Of a DNA stretch of 64,000 bases, positions 63,561-64,000 are shown piece by piece (within the stretch, counting starts at the first letter, position 1; each line of letters begins with the position of its first letter). Under the pieces are notes generated by a model. It searched no databases. It saw nothing but the letters and a program-made list of their open reading frames with translations, and was not told the DNA's origin. Source of the stretch: Psammoneis japonica (Eukaryota); contig QPGO01000171.1 in the NCBI GenBank assembly GCA_008632985.1, forward strand, positions 62,001 through 126,000, written 5' to 3'. A program made the position numbers and the translations under genes.

Positions 63561-64000
63561 TTGCCAAACGTCCATCACACCATGGCGACTCTACGGTCAC
63601 CGTTTCCTCAACGGCATCACCTTCAAGAGCCACAACAATCAACAACATTTTGTATCTCATGAACTTGTGTGCGGTAGAATTGACACATGTGAGTGTAACG
63701 GGCTCATTGTTGACTTATGCGGTCAAAAAGCGACGGGCAAAAAATTGAACATTTCAGCTGTTTTGGCTACGATCAATCAATGGCAAGGCACAGCAAGGCA
63801 CACACATGTGAAATGAATTACGTGACATCGACACATGCCAGTGTTATGGTGAGTTTATGGCTGTTGATGGGGCACATTGCGTTTGCGGTCGCCATTGTCA
63901 TCGTGGTTCGACAAGTTGTGGAAAATTTGAAATCTAAAACATTTGTGCACACAGATGCATTGTCACTCACAGGATCTACATGTCATGTGTTGCTCGACAT

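Noticed and set aside
1..64000. Alternative genetic code or general compositional bias as the cause of Tyr loss
   Set aside because: The three host genes have normal TpA and Tyr usage, and paralogs lose different tyrosines.

Overview
Eukaryotic genomic DNA, most likely a diatom (inferred from diatom-type copia gag/pol motifs, an APE-RT-RNase H LINE and short GT-AG introns). Three ordinary host genes (a CRT-like/DMT transporter, a SET-domain methyltransferase and a SAPS/PP6 regulatory subunit) sit as islands in a field of nested transposons. These are at least four Ty1/copia elements (one near-intact at 16914-24006 with 276-bp LTRs and an ATTTG TSD, one at 3608-10342 with an AACTT TSD inserted in the gag of a third), a DIRS-like tyrosine-recombinase retroelement, a Plavaka-like transposase remnant, an Ambal-like LINE, and a Ty3/gypsy remnant nested in that LINE. 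The main signal is a repeat-restricted hypermutation in which TpA dinucleotides become TpG or CpA (A:T to G:C). Eight of 9 differences between the two LTRs of the youngest element fit this pattern, and no CpG is lost there. TE proteins show systematic Tyr to Cys/His changes, old repeats are almost TpA-free, and adjacent genes are untouched. It resembles a RIP-like genome-defence process running in the opposite direction to fungal RIP. The enzyme is not identifiable from this window.
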